From: Spirochaetia bacterium
GTDB taxonomy: Bacteria; Spirochaetota; Spirochaetia; UBA9216
Assembly (NCBI GenBank): GCA_965140585.1
Contig: OZ223264.1
Location: 704,001 to 768,000 of the forward strand
Direction of reading: 5' to 3'
DNA: 64,000 nucleotides
Below the pieces are notes generated by a model. The model ran no database searches. It was not told where the DNA came from and saw nothing but the letters and a program-made list of their open reading frames with translations. This document shows, piece by piece, positions 1 to 9,951 of this stretch (position 1 is the stretch's first letter; each line of letters starts with the position of its first letter). Made by a program: the position numbers and the translations under genes.

Positions 1-2
1 CT

Positions 3-1022
3 TTCATTGCCAATTATGGTGAGGTTAACATCAATATCAACGGCAAAAAGGATATCACCGTCAAAGGCGGACGAACCCTTCTTTCGACGCTTATGGAGAA
101 GGAAATCTTTATTCCTTCGGCCTGCGGCGGCCGCGGTTCCTGCGGACTCTGCAAGGTCAGGGTTCTGGACGGAGCGGGACAGTATCTTCCTACCGAACTC
201 CCCTGGATAAGCAAGGAAGAGCAGGCTGAGAAGATAAGGCTTTCCTGTCAGGTCAAAGTTAAAAATGACATGGAGATCAAAATTCCTGAAGAGCTGTTCA
301 ATGTACGTCAGTATCAGACCGAAGTTGCCAGTATCAAGGACCTTACGCATGATATCAAGGAAGTCACTTTTAAGCTTCTTAAGCCCGATGATATCAACTT
401 CAAGGCCGGTCAGTTTGTTCAGATTATGACACCCGAGTACAAACTCAGTGATGAGTCGGTATTCAGGGCCTACTCAATTTCTTCATCTCCATCTGTCAAA
501 GACAGTGTAGAGCTTGAGATTCGCCTGGTTCCAAACGGAATATGTACAACATACGTGCACCAGTTTCTTAAAGAAGGCGATAAGGTTACTGTGAACGGGC
601 CCTATGGTGATTTCTTTCTGCGGGATACCGACCGGGATATCATTTGCATTGCCGGTGGTTCGGGAAATGCCCCTATTAAATCAATCCTTCTGGACATGGC
701 GGAAAACGGAAACCAGCGAAATGTTAAGTATTTTTATGGAGCGCGCACCCGCAAGGATTTAGTCCTTCCTGATGAAATGGCTGCAATCAGTGAGAAGCTT
801 CCAAACTACAAATACATTCCGGTTCTATCGGAGCCTTCCGAGGAGGATAAGTGGGACGGAGCCACCGGGTTTGTTACTGATGCAGTGGCCGATTCACTTG
901 CTTCCGGGGATAATGTAGAAGCATATCTCTGTGGAAGTCCCGGAATGATTGATGCCTGTGTAAAAGTCCTGACATCCAAGGGTGTTCCGGAAGAGCTGAT
1001 TTACTATGATAAATTCGCCTGA
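3..1022 (+). CDS. NqrF-like 2Fe-2S/FAD/NAD-binding oxidoreductase (5'-truncated by window edge)
   Basis: Frame is open from base 3 (FIANYGEVNININGKK...), upstream of the listed ATG at 93. Motifs: SACGGRGSCGLC 2Fe-2S, RLSCQ, RAYSISS FAD motif, IAGGSG, YLCGSPGM, C-terminal YDKF. Confidence 0.85.
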   Translation, partial: FIANYGEVNININGKKDITVKGGRTLLSTLMEKEIFIPSACGGRGSCGLCKVRVLDGAGQYLPTELPWISKEEQAEKIRLSCQVKVKNDMEIKIPEELFNVRQYQTEVASIKDLTHDIKEVTFKLLKPDDINFKAGQFVQIMTPEYKLSDESVFRAYSISSSPSVKDSVELEIRLVPNGICTTYVHQFLKEGDKVTVNGPYGDFFLRDTDRDIICIAGGSGNAPIKSILLDMAENGNQRNVKYFYGARTRKDLVLPDEMAAISEKLPNYKYIPVLSEPSEEDKWDGATGFVTDAVADSLASGDNVEAYLCGSPGMIDACVKVLTSKGVPEELIYYDKFA

Positions 1023-1037
1023 TGAACGGAGGTAAAA

Positions 1038-1499
1038 GTGAAAGAAAATCCTGCAATGCATAAAATTATAGAAAACATGAAACCGGGAGTTATTTCTCTT
1101 AACGGTTTTATGGGTGAAGATTCCCGCAGCATCGAAGAGATAATCGATCATGATGCTATGACTCTCGAAAAAATAGAGCTGACCCGAGATGAAATTGCCG
1201 ACAGACTGGAAGCTCTGCGGGAAAAAGCACTTGAGGGCTTTGGAGATTTTATAAACATCTCGGATGACTACATGGTAAAAGCCGATTCAGTTCGGGGAAA
1301 ACTGCCATGTCCCTTTGCTCATCCCGGTCTGTTCCGTAAGACAGTTATAACCGTTGCAAACAAGAAAACCGATGATGAGATGTTTTATACAGATCTTGGT
1401 ATTCACCTGATTCGGGAACACGGTTTCTTTCAGGGGAAGGGAAGTTTCTTCAGACTTGAACCGGAAGCTCTTCTCTTTTTAAAGGATATACAGGGCTGA
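1038..1499 (+). CDS. conserved hypothetical protein
   Basis: GTG start with GGAGG RBS directly after the NqrF-like gene; 153 aa with CPFAHPG and HLIREHGFFQG motifs. Confidence 0.7.
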   Translation: MKENPAMHKIIENMKPGVISLNGFMGEDSRSIEEIIDHDAMTLEKIELTRDEIADRLEALREKALEGFGDFINISDDYMVKADSVRGKLPCPFAHPGLFRKTVITVANKKTDDEMFYTDLGIHLIREHGFFQGKGSFFRLEPEALLFLKDIQG

Positions 1500-1513
1500 T
1501 AAGCGAGATATAC

Positions 1514-1554
1514 GGCTTAAGGCAGTTTTAAGCACATCTGTCTTAGGCCTTTTT
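1514..1554 (+). terminator. probable intrinsic terminator
   Basis: GGCTTAAGGCAG...CTGTCTTAGGCC stem (with G-U pairs) followed by TTTTT. Confidence 0.55.
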
Positions 1555-1640
1555 ATTTGTATATTGTTAAGATTCTATATAAATAAATAAAATTACTATT
1601 TGTACTTGAATTTACTGAATAAAGTCCTTAATTTATCTAT

Positions 1641-2495
1641 ATGACAAAACCGGTAAGAAATCTCACCGAAGAACAGACAGCAGAGATACTTGAAAGATTT
1701 TATAAAAAGTACCATAAACCGGAATATATAAATCCGGATCCGCTTATTTTTCCGCTTCGGTATACAGATTTTAAGGATATAGAAGCCTCGGCTTTTATTT
1801 CAGCTGCATTTGCACTCGGCCGTGTAAACGCAATCCTCGATTTTTTAGAAAAACTTTTTTTACGTCTCGGCAGTCCTTATGAAGGACTTGTTAACCGTTC
1901 AGAAGCAGAGCTGACGAGTTTGGCTGAGGGGCTTAAATACCGGTTTTATTCTGAATCTGATATCGGAAAATTCCTTGCCGGTCTTCGCAGGATTTATATT
2001 GATTATGGCTCGCTGGAGAAATGCTTCTCCGAAGGTGTTGAGCAGAATCCGGAAGCAGGCCTTATTGCTTCGGGGCTGGGAAATATATATAAAAGCATTT
2101 ACAGCAGGCCGGAGAAGTTTGATGCCGGCTGCAGAGATGCTGCAGATGAACGCCCTGTGGAGCGAAGTGTTATAGCCAACCCGGACTGCGGCAGTGCCTG
2201 TAAGAGACAGAGTCTTTTTCTGCGATGGATGGTGAGGTCCGATAATATTGATCCGGGAGGGTGGAAGCTGGATAAATCCCAGCTGATTATCCCGGTGGAT
2301 ACCCATGTAATGAAGGTGAGCACCTTTCTGGGCCTCACAAATAGAAAGAGTGCCGATTTTACAACTGCTGTCGAAATAACTGACAGCCTCAAAAAGTTTG
2401 ACAAAGGGGATCCTGTAAGATATGATTTTAGTATGTCGAGAATCGGAATCCACCCTGATTTAACCTACAAAGAGTTGGAAGAACAATTAATTTAA
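1641..2495 (+). CDS. TIGR02757/DUF2400 family protein (HhH-GPD-like)
   Basis: DPL..P, SACKRQSLFLRWMVR, IDPGGW, IPVDTHV and DPVRYDF motifs typical of the family. Confidence 0.85.
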   Translation: MTKPVRNLTEEQTAEILERFYKKYHKPEYINPDPLIFPLRYTDFKDIEASAFISAAFALGRVNAILDFLEKLFLRLGSPYEGLVNRSEAELTSLAEGLKYRFYSESDIGKFLAGLRRIYIDYGSLEKCFSEGVEQNPEAGLIASGLGNIYKSIYSRPEKFDAGCRDAADERPVERSVIANPDCGSACKRQSLFLRWMVRSDNIDPGGWKLDKSQLIIPVDTHVMKVSTFLGLTNRKSADFTTAVEITDSLKKFDKGDPVRYDFSMSRIGIHPDLTYKELEEQLI

Positions 2496-2511
2496 TCAAA
2501 GAGAGGGTAAA

Positions 2512-3087
2512 ATGAGTAGTTTAAAAGGTACAGAGACGGAAAAATGTCTTCTTAAATCCTTCGCGGGTGAGTCTCAGGCAAGAAACAGGTACACCTATTT
2601 CGCCAGCGTAGCAAAAAAAGAAGGTTATGTTCAGATATCAAAGATATTTGAAGAAACCGCGGATCAGGAAAAAGAACATGCAAAAAGAATGTTCAAATTC
2701 CTTGAAGGCGGAATGGTAGAGATCACAGCATCATATCCTGCTGGAAAGATCGGTACGACTGCGGAAAACCTTGCTGAAGCTGCAGCAGGTGAAAATGAAG
2801 AATGGACCGAAATTTATCCGGGTTTTGCAAAAATTGCAAGGGAAGAAGGCTTTAAGGCTGTTGCAGATATGTACGAAGCTGTCTGTGTCTCGGAAAAACA
2901 GCATGAAAAACGATACAAAGATCTTCTTGCTAACATTGAAAGCGGAGAAGTTTTTAAAAGAAGTGAAAAAACAGTCTGGAGATGTCTTAACTGCGGTTAC
3001 CTTCATGAGGCAGAAGCTGCCCCTGAAGTTTGTCCGGCATGTGCACATCCTAAGGCTTATTTTGAAATACTCGGTGAAAACTGGTAA
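2512..3087 (+). CDS. rbr: rubrerythrin
   Basis: [26 protein letters not shown] di-iron ligands; C-terminal WRCLNCGY...CPACAHP rubredoxin-like domain. Confidence 0.95.
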   Translation: MSSLKGTETEKCLLKSFAGESQARNRYTYFASVAKKEGYVQISKIFEETADQEKEHAKRMFKFLEGGMVEITASYPAGKIGTTAENLAEAAAGENEEWTEIYPGFAKIAREEGFKAVADMYEAVCVSEKQHEKRYKDLLANIESGEVFKRSEKTVWRCLNCGYLHEAEAAPEVCPACAHPKAYFEILGENW

Positions 3088-3098
3088 AGGAGAGCAAA

Positions 3099-3482
3099 AT
3101 GATAAAAGAGAAAAAAGAAGTTTACAAATGCAGTCTTTGCGGTAATGTCGTAGAAGTATTGCATGCTGGCGGCGGCGACCTCGTCTGCTGCGGACAACCA
3201 ATGGATAAGCTGGAAGAAAAGGCAGCTGATTCATCAACCGAAAAGCATGTACCCGTAATCGAGGCTATCGACGGCGGTTACAAGGTAACAGTTGGAAGTA
3301 CTCTCCATCCTATGCTTGATGAACATTTTATCGAGTGGATCGAGATTAATTTTGATGGAAAAAGCGGAAAGAAATTCCTGGCCCCCGGAGATCAGCCTGT
3401 AGCTGAGTTCATGTGCGGCACCCATGATAATGTAACAGCCCGTGAATACTGTAACCTTCACGGTTTGTGGAAAAGCAACTAA
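3099..3482 (+). CDS. dfx: desulfoferrodoxin (superoxide reductase)
   Basis: YKCSLCGN...LVCCGQPM desulforedoxin domain; EKHVP, HPM, HFIEWI and [11 protein letters not shown] ligands. Confidence 0.95.
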   Translation: MIKEKKEVYKCSLCGNVVEVLHAGGGDLVCCGQPMDKLEEKAADSSTEKHVPVIEAIDGGYKVTVGSTLHPMLDEHFIEWIEINFDGKSGKKFLAPGDQPVAEFMCGTHDNVTAREYCNLHGLWKSN

Positions 3483-3497
3483 TTAAGGAGTAATAGT

Positions 3498-3659
3498 ATG
3501 CAGAAGTATGTATGTGATGTATGCGGATATGTTTATGATCCGGCAGAAGGTGATCCCGATAACGGTGTAGCAGCAGGAACTGCATTTGCAGATATCCCCG
3601 AAGACTGGGTTTGTCCAATGTGCGGCGCATCCAAGGATGATTTTTCACCTGAAGATTAA
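3498..3659 (+). CDS. rubredoxin (53 aa; absent from the ORF track)
   Basis: Manual translation [53 protein letters not shown], with AAGGAG RBS; two CxxC motifs. Confidence 0.95.
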   Translation: MQKYVCDVCGYVYDPAEGDPDNGVAAGTAFADIPEDWVCPMCGASKDDFSPED

Positions 3660-3664
3660 TAACC

Positions 3665-4594
3665 TTATTGTTCTTTGAAGCGTATATCTGCCCGTACTGC
3701 GGAGTGATCCGACAGTATATAGGGCAGAGTTTCATAGTGAACAAATTCCATTTCGTCTGAGATTAGAATCCAATCCAGGCGTCTTTTACCCGGCAGTCTT
3801 GTCGGGTATTTTTTTGATTCAGGATCCCATGCCTGCAGATTGAGTTTTTCGGCAAGATACTGGACGGCCGAGCCTGTTCGCCAGCCGCAGTTGAAGTCGC
3901 CGGCTATGATTACCGGGTAGTCATATGAGGCAAGCTTTTCAATGATAGCGTCCGCCTGTTTTCTTCTCATGAAACCGAAAATCGGATCCAGATGGACAGA
4001 TACTACACAGACATGCCGGTCGTCGGTTTCGGATACCTTGAAGACTCCGAGGGTGAAGCCCTTGGGCAGGACAACCGGTCTTGCCCTGAAGGTGAATGAT
4101 TCAGCTGTTGAGTAGGGGAGACTGCTCAGCACTGCTGTTCCATAGCTGAGCGCAGGGATATCAACATTCTTGGTCCATATACCATGTGCATATCCGGAGG
4201 CTTCGGCAAGATGCTCAATCAAATCGAGCCCGCCGTTCCATAATCCCGGCCCGTCAACCTCCTGCAGTGCTGTAAGCGTGATATCCTCCTTCAGTACTAT
4301 TTCAGCGATGTAGTCGGCGTTGGATGTGATTTTCTTTCGGCCCTGTGTCATCTGATTTAAACCGGCGCCCCTGCCGTGCCCGATATTTAGCGACATTACA
4401 GAAAAATCGCTGGTATGATATCCGGTGTGATCAGGGTGAGTATTCTGTTCAAAATAAAATGAAACCGGTACGGCATCGACTTTACCTGATATAAGAAAGG
4501 GTGCTGTTGACAGGAGAATGATAAGGACTGCAGCTGCAATTATGATAAAAATGATATTCCTTACTCCTTTTCCGGTTCTTGAATGATTGTTCAT
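3665..4594 (-). CDS. endonuclease/exonuclease/phosphatase family protein, N-terminally membrane anchored
   Basis: SLNI, LQEVD, VHLD, AGDFN, LDWIL and SDH EEP motifs; hydrophobic N-terminal helix. Confidence 0.85.
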   Translation of the reverse strand: MNNHSRTGKGVRNIIFIIIAAAVLIILLSTAPFLISGKVDAVPVSFYFEQNTHPDHTGYHTSDFSVMSLNIGHGRGAGLNQMTQGRKKITSNADYIAEIVLKEDITLTALQEVDGPGLWNGGLDLIEHLAEASGYAHGIWTKNVDIPALSYGTAVLSSLPYSTAESFTFRARPVVLPKGFTLGVFKVSETDDRHVCVVSVHLDPIFGFMRRKQADAIIEKLASYDYPVIIAGDFNCGWRTGSAVQYLAEKLNLQAWDPESKKYPTRLPGKRRLDWILISDEMEFVHYETLPYILSDHSAVRADIRFKEQ

Positions 4595-4679
4595 AGCAAA
4601 AAATAATATCCGTCTGTCATAATTCTAATAATAAATCTGAGCGATGGCAAATACTTATGAATAATCATATATTGTTTCA

Positions 4680-5642
4680 ATGAAAAGAAAAACCGCCATG
4701 TTTTTCAGCCTGCTGTCTGTTCTCTGCTGGGCTGTCAGTCCAACGCTTATCAGGCTTGTTAAAGACTGGTTTTCTGTGGGATTTCAGAACTTTTTCAGAT
4801 ACAGCCTGTCGCTTGTTATCCTCTGGATTTTCACAGCAGTCAGTCTGCGTAAAACAAGCCTGCGTTCGAGGTTTGCTCTGATGAAAAAGCATGTCCCTTC
4901 ACTGATTCTGACGGCTGTTTTTAATTTTACACATCAGTATTTTCTGATAGCAGGAGTTTTTCTTTTATTTCCCGGGATCACTGCCATACTCGAGGAATCT
5001 ACACTTCTGTTCTCTTTTCTGCTGAGTTACCTTTTTATACCTTCGGAAAGATATTTTATACGTGACAGGATTCTTAGAACAGGAATTATTATTACGCTTA
5101 CCGGCCTGGCTTTTACTCTTATTCCTGAAGTCATTAGCAGCGGGTCCTCAGCTGCTGACGGCGGAAATTCTGTCAGGGGCGTTATCTATATTCTCATTTC
5201 TTCAGCTTCGTGGGCCTTGTTTACGTTTATGATTAAGACCAGAGTTCCCCCGGTTGAGTCCTACTTTGCGACAAGCTTCCTTTTTACTATTGTTGTTCCG
5301 CTGTTTGTAATCACAATGCTCTTTGAAGGCGGGGGACGGATAATACTTCCTGAGGCTCCGATGACAGCATGGGCTGTTCTTGCGGTATCCAGTCTTGTCG
5401 GTATTGGTCTGGCGTATTCTTTTTATTACACGTCTATTAAAATGGTGGGCATCATGTTCAGTTCTACGATTGGTCTTCTGATTCCCGTGATTGCTTCCAT
5501 AATTTCATTTTTTCTTTTTGATGAACGGCTCAGTCTGATTCAGATTGCCGGAAGTATTGTGCTTCTGTCGGGATGTCTGATAATAGTCCGGCGGGAAGCA
5601 GGGCTTTCTCAGGAGAGCAGAAATTCAGCTATTGAAGGCTGA
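4680..5642 (+). CDS. DMT/EamA family transporter
   Basis: About 10 hydrophobic segments in two repeats; C-terminal FFLFDERLSLIQIAG EamA-like motif. Confidence 0.8.
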   Translation: MKRKTAMFFSLLSVLCWAVSPTLIRLVKDWFSVGFQNFFRYSLSLVILWIFTAVSLRKTSLRSRFALMKKHVPSLILTAVFNFTHQYFLIAGVFLLFPGITAILEESTLLFSFLLSYLFIPSERYFIRDRILRTGIIITLTGLAFTLIPEVISSGSSAADGGNSVRGVIYILISSASWALFTFMIKTRVPPVESYFATSFLFTIVVPLFVITMLFEGGGRIILPEAPMTAWAVLAVSSLVGIGLAYSFYYTSIKMVGIMFSSTIGLLIPVIASIISFFLFDERLSLIQIAGSIVLLSGCLIIVRREAGLSQESRNSAIEG

Positions 5643-6460
5643 AGTTTAAGGCCTTTCTCGTATCCGTGCCTGTAAAGACTGTCCAGTTTTTCAAAATCTG
5701 ATTCTGTTCTTCCCACATCCATCGTATCATCGGGGAAGATTCGAAAAACCTGTCCGGCCTGTTCCTGTTTTTCGCAGTAGTCAAGCGATCTGTTGTACTC
5801 AAGGTGTCTGCTTTTCAGAGCCTTACCTACACCGGGCAGGTTTTTATACAGCAGTGATGTCAGGCCTGCAGATTTGGAGGGGTGTTTTCGGTAGCCGTCT
5901 TCCCGGGTTAGTATAATCAGGCATTTGCTGCAGCCGTCCTCAAAGGCCCTTTCTGCAGGAATTGAGTCGCTTAAGCCCCCGTCAAGAAACTTTCTGCCCA
6001 TGTGCTTCACAGGCGGAGAAACAAGCGGCAGACTGTTTGAGCCGGCAAGGATTTTCATCATAAACTCCTCATGACCGACACTGTGCCGTTCAACATATTC
6101 AGGTTTACCTGTTTCGCAGTCTGTCAGGCAGACCTTAAAGAGGGCAGGGTTTGAATCGAAGGTTTTATAATCAAAGGGTACAAGCTTATTCGGGTAGGTA
6201 TCGAAAAGTAGTCTGATATCAAGGAAGCTCTTTTGTTTCGGGAAGTGTTTCAGGCTGAAATAGCTGAACTCTTTTGTTTTCTCGACAAATATTTTGCGGT
6301 TTCTGCCCTTCTGCCTTGATATATATGAAGCGCCGTTGCTTGCGCCGGCTGAGACACCGCATACATAATCGAAGTAAAGTTCTTTTTCCAAAAATGCATC
6401 AAGAACACCGGCGGTGAACGCGCCGCGCATTCCACCGCCCTCGAGTATTAATCCATTCAT
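5609..6460 (-). CDS. patatin-like phospholipase
   Basis: LEGGGMRG, GVSAG (catalytic Ser) and DGG motifs. Confidence 0.9.
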   Translation of the reverse strand: MNGLILEGGGMRGAFTAGVLDAFLEKELYFDYVCGVSAGASNGASYISRQKGRNRKIFVEKTKEFSYFSLKHFPKQKSFLDIRLLFDTYPNKLVPFDYKTFDSNPALFKVCLTDCETGKPEYVERHSVGHEEFMMKILAGSNSLPLVSPPVKHMGRKFLDGGLSDSIPAERAFEDGCSKCLIILTREDGYRKHPSKSAGLTSLLYKNLPGVGKALKSRHLEYNRSLDYCEKQEQAGQVFRIFPDDTMDVGRTESDFEKLDSLYRHGYEKGLKLQPSIAEFLLS

Positions 6461-7341
6461 TCACTGAGCTTAATAGAACCGGAAACCGTATTCATCTCAA
6501 TACTGCTTCCTCCGTCTCCTATTTTTCCCTTTATTGTGTTATTTTTAACGGAGCTTACCATTACAGGAAAATCGGTATTCACCGAACCGCTTACAGAATG
6601 CAGATCAATATCCGCATTATCAAGCTCATCAAGCTTCAGTCTTACTCCGCCTGAAACAGATTTTATAGTTATTCTGCTTCGGCCGTCAATTACTGAGCCG
6701 CTCTCGCCGCTGATTCGGCCGGAGGTTGTGGTTGCCCTTATATCTCCGCCGTAGGCCTTGAAATCAATACTGCCGCTTACGCTCTTCGCGTCAAGCTCAT
6801 ATGCGCCCTCTGTTGAAATTGAGCCAGAGGTTGTGTTGAGTTTCTGCGTGGTTTCAGATTCAAGTTCATCAATTTTTATTTTACCGCTAACTGTTGAAGC
6901 CTCGATTTCAGTCAGGGATGAAGGCACCATCAGTACGAAATCAATTGAACCTGTAATTCCGGGTGTTTTGGGATAGACTGCTTTAAGGATCATTGTTTCG
7001 CCCGAGTACTCGACTTTATAATCAGGGAGCCTTCCCGGACCGTGCTTGTAGTATTCAACTTCTACGAGGCTTCCGGAGGAGCTTTTTACCGATATATCTC
7101 CGGATACATTTGAGATATCCAGATAGGAAACATCAGATTCGGCACTAAAGCTGCCCGATTCATCCGCTTCACTTTCGGAGGACCATGAGTCGTCGCTGCT
7201 GAATCCATCCCGGAATCCGTCTCTGAATCCGCCCATAAAATACGGTTTACTGAAAATCATTGTATAAGCCGAAAAAACAACCAGACCGAGAACTGCAAGG
7301 AAGCCGATAACATTTATAAAATCAAGCGAAGATCTTCTCAT
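6457..7341 (-). CDS. DUF4097 beta-strand repeat membrane protein
   Basis: N-terminal TM helix; repeated (T/S)VSG(D/S/K)I beta-strand units. Confidence 0.8.
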   Translation of the reverse strand: MRRSSLDFINVIGFLAVLGLVVFSAYTMIFSKPYFMGGFRDGFRDGFSSDDSWSSESEADESGSFSAESDVSYLDISNVSGDISVKSSSGSLVEVEYYKHGPGRLPDYKVEYSGETMILKAVYPKTPGITGSIDFVLMVPSSLTEIEASTVSGKIKIDELESETTQKLNTTSGSISTEGAYELDAKSVSGSIDFKAYGGDIRATTTSGRISGESGSVIDGRSRITIKSVSGGVRLKLDELDNADIDLHSVSGSVNTDFPVMVSSVKNNTIKGKIGDGGSSIEMNTVSGSIKLSE

Positions 7342-7345
7342 AATC

Positions 7346-7615
7346 TCAGTCTTCCATATCTTCCAGTTCTTTCTCTATGAGTCTTCTTTCAAGGCTGCTG
7401 TTTTTAAAGGCATATACCTGAAAGAAGTGGGAAACAACTCCTATTCCCCATCCCAGTGCTGCCCAAAGCCACCACTGGTAACCTCCCCATGTCATGTTGT
7501 TGACAACTGCCAGAAAGACCATCGTAACAATGTATGTTACAAGATGTCTCAAGAACCCCATTTTTTCCTGGGCACGTTTGCGTGCTCTTTCATATTTTTC
7601 TTCGTTTACATCCAT
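7346..7615 (-). CDS. 2TM domain-containing protein
   Basis: YERARKR...GF..HL..Y, WWLWAALGWGIG...H pattern; two TM helices. Confidence 0.8.
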   Translation of the reverse strand: MDVNEEKYERARKRAQEKMGFLRHLVTYIVTMVFLAVVNNMTWGGYQWWLWAALGWGIGVVSHFFQVYAFKNSSLERRLIEKELEDMED

Positions 7616-7673
7616 AGATAAAATATAACACGGCTACCTTACAAAGGTGTTACTTTTGTTATAGAATTCCGTC

Positions 7674-8300
7674 ATGAAGGATATTGATGATAAACTTGAA
7701 TACCTTAGAGGCTTTATAAAGCCCGGAAACGGCGTTATCAGCGTGATTGCCGAGGCTAACAGCAGGCGAAATGATGTACAGCCGGAAGTCGAACCCGAGG
7801 TCGGCAGTTTTCTTTCCCTGCTTGTAAGACTGATGAATGCAAAAGCAGTACTCGAACTGGGAAGCAGCAACGGGAGCTCGGGGCTCTGGTTTCTTGAAGC
7901 GCTCAGGATTACGGGCGGGCATCTTACTACCATTGATTCAAAACACCGTCTGCATCTTGAAGCCTTAGAGAATTACCGGACTGCAGAATATGATGATATT
8001 GTAACTGCGATTTCAGGTGACGCGAAAGAGATCATTCAGCAGCTTGACGGCCCCTTTGATATTGTATTTCAGGACTGCGGCAAGTATCTGTACCCTCAGC
8101 TTCTTGAGAGGACTGTTGAACTGCTTAAACCGGGCGGACTGATTATTGCCGAAGATACCCTGTTTGCAGTTGAAGATTCAATCAGACCGAATCTGGGGCG
8201 GCACACAGACTTGTACAACCGTATGGTCTTTGCCCGTAAGGATTTATACAGCAGTATACTTCCGGTAGGTCATGGATTAACATTGAGTTATAAAATATAA
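7674..8300 (+). CDS. SAM-dependent O-methyltransferase
   Basis: VLELGSSNGSS motif I, FDIVFQDCGK, LLKPGGLIIAED. Confidence 0.85.
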   Translation: MKDIDDKLEYLRGFIKPGNGVISVIAEANSRRNDVQPEVEPEVGSFLSLLVRLMNAKAVLELGSSNGSSGLWFLEALRITGGHLTTIDSKHRLHLEALENYRTAEYDDIVTAISGDAKEIIQQLDGPFDIVFQDCGKYLYPQLLERTVELLKPGGLIIAEDTLFAVEDSIRPNLGRHTDLYNRMVFARKDLYSSILPVGHGLTLSYKI

Positions 8301-8318
8301 TGAAGCAGAGGTGAAATT

Positions 8319-9122
8319 ATGGATGATTTAAGGGATAAAAAGGCGTTCATATGCGATATGGACGGAGTTATATATCATGGAAACCGTTTGCTTCCCGGAG
8401 TGAAGGAATTTGTCAACTGGCTTAAGGATGAGGATAAAAAGTTTCTGTTTCTTACAAACAGCAGTCAGCGCTCACCCCTTGAGCTTCAGCAGAAACTGGC
8501 CAGACTTGGTGTTGAGGTTGAAAAAGAACATTTTTATACCAGCGCTCTGGCAACTGCCGGCTTTCTGGAACAGCAGCAGCCGGGCGGTTCAGTTTTTGTT
8601 ATCGGCGAAGCAGGGCTTATAAATGCCCTCTACAATGCCGGTTTTACCATGAATGATGTAAACCCCGACTACGTAGTTGTAGGTGAATCAAAGACCTACA
8701 ACATGGATATGCTGGAACATGCGGTTAATCTTATAATGCGCGGAGCCAAGCTCATAGGAACCAATCCTGATCTGACAGGTCCTATTGAAGGCGGAATTTC
8801 TCCGGCTACAGGAGCCCTGATGGCTCCGATAGAACTTGCCACCGGCAATAAAGCCTACTTTGTAGGGAAGCCGAATCCGCTTATGATGAGGCATGCTCTT
8901 AAAAGGCTTGAATCAAAGCGTGAAGATACGGTGATTGTCGGTGACCGCATGGATACCGATGTTATCTCCGGAATAGAAGCCGAGATTGAAACAGTGCTGG
9001 TCTTAAGCGGGGTAACAAGCAGGGACGATATAAACCGCTTTGCATACAGGCCGGATTATATTCTGGACGGGGTTGTGGATATTCCGCCTAAATCTGGAAA
9101 AAAGACAGAGGAAGAAAGCTGA
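8319..9122 (+). CDS. HAD-IIA family hydrolase (NagD-like)
   Basis: CDMDGV, LTNSS, GKPNP and VGDRMDTD motifs. Confidence 0.9.
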   Translation: MDDLRDKKAFICDMDGVIYHGNRLLPGVKEFVNWLKDEDKKFLFLTNSSQRSPLELQQKLARLGVEVEKEHFYTSALATAGFLEQQQPGGSVFVIGEAGLINALYNAGFTMNDVNPDYVVVGESKTYNMDMLEHAVNLIMRGAKLIGTNPDLTGPIEGGISPATGALMAPIELATGNKAYFVGKPNPLMMRHALKRLESKREDTVIVGDRMDTDVISGIEAEIETVLVLSGVTSRDDINRFAYRPDYILDGVVDIPPKSGKKTEEES

Positions 9123-9123
9123 A

Positions 9124-9903
9124 GTGCTGCTTAATTATAAAATAACCAATCCGGAAGCCCCTGTTCCGGTTTTTTTTCTTCACGGCCTGCTGGGAAATGC
9201 CGAGAACTGGGGAACCATTGTAAAAAAGCTTGATAGATCTGCGCCGGGGAAGTTCCGAATTATTACTGTTGATTTGCGGAACCATGGAGAATCTTTTCAT
9301 TCGGATGAGATGAGTTATCCGCTTATGGCGGCAGATTTGATTGAACTTGCAGATCATCTCGGCCTTCAGGAATTTCATATCGTTGGACATTCAATGGGCG
9401 GGAAGATGGCGATGGAAACTGCTCTGGCAAACCCTGCCCGTGTTAAATCTGTTATTGTGGTTGACATTGCCCCTGTTCAGTATAAGTCTGAATATTCCAT
9501 CTATATCAACGCTCTGCGTGATCTTGATCTGTCCGGAGTTAAAAAGCGCTCTGATGCAGGAAAGCTGATTGAAGAAATTGTTCCCGACAGGGCCTTAAGG
9601 ATGTTTTTTCTAACCAACCTTAAAAAAGACGGTGAAGGCTACAAATGGCGGATCAATCTGAAAGGAATAACATCGCATTACAGCAATATCTGGGAACCGG
9701 TTAAAGGCGGACGTGTTTACAGCGGACCTGCACTTTTTATACGAGGCGGTGCATCCGACTACGTTAAGGATGAATATATTCCGCTAATAATGCAGCTGTT
9801 TCCTGCTGCTGAACTTAAGACTCTTGAAGGCGCAGGTCACTGGGTACATTCGGAAAAGCCCGATGAATTTACAGAGCTGGTAAGCAGTTTTTTAACTTCA
9901 TAG
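9124..9903 (+). CDS. alpha/beta hydrolase (YbfF-like esterase)
   Basis: HGLLG, DLRNHG, GHSMGG nucleophile, GHWVH. Start placed at the in-frame GTG 9124 after the upstream stop. Confidence 0.85.
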   Translation: MLLNYKITNPEAPVPVFFLHGLLGNAENWGTIVKKLDRSAPGKFRIITVDLRNHGESFHSDEMSYPLMAADLIELADHLGLQEFHIVGHSMGGKMAMETALANPARVKSVIVVDIAPVQYKSEYSIYINALRDLDLSGVKKRSDAGKLIEEIVPDRALRMFFLTNLKKDGEGYKWRINLKGITSHYSNIWEPVKGGRVYSGPALFIRGGASDYVKDEYIPLIMQLFPAAELKTLEGAGHWVHSEKPDEFTELVSSFLTS

Positions 9904-9951
9904 CCCTGAGTCTGTCAGGATAACAGGTTGTATATAAGAGGAGAAATAAAA

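Noticed and set aside
1578-1602. PerR/Fur-like box upstream of the oxidative stress operon
   Set aside because: AT-rich with poor symmetry; cannot be distinguished from background by eye.
3665-6460. EEP nuclease and patatin as an anti-phage (CBASS-like) system
   Set aside because: No cyclase or other defence genes; both resemble common housekeeping subfamilies and are not co-operonic.
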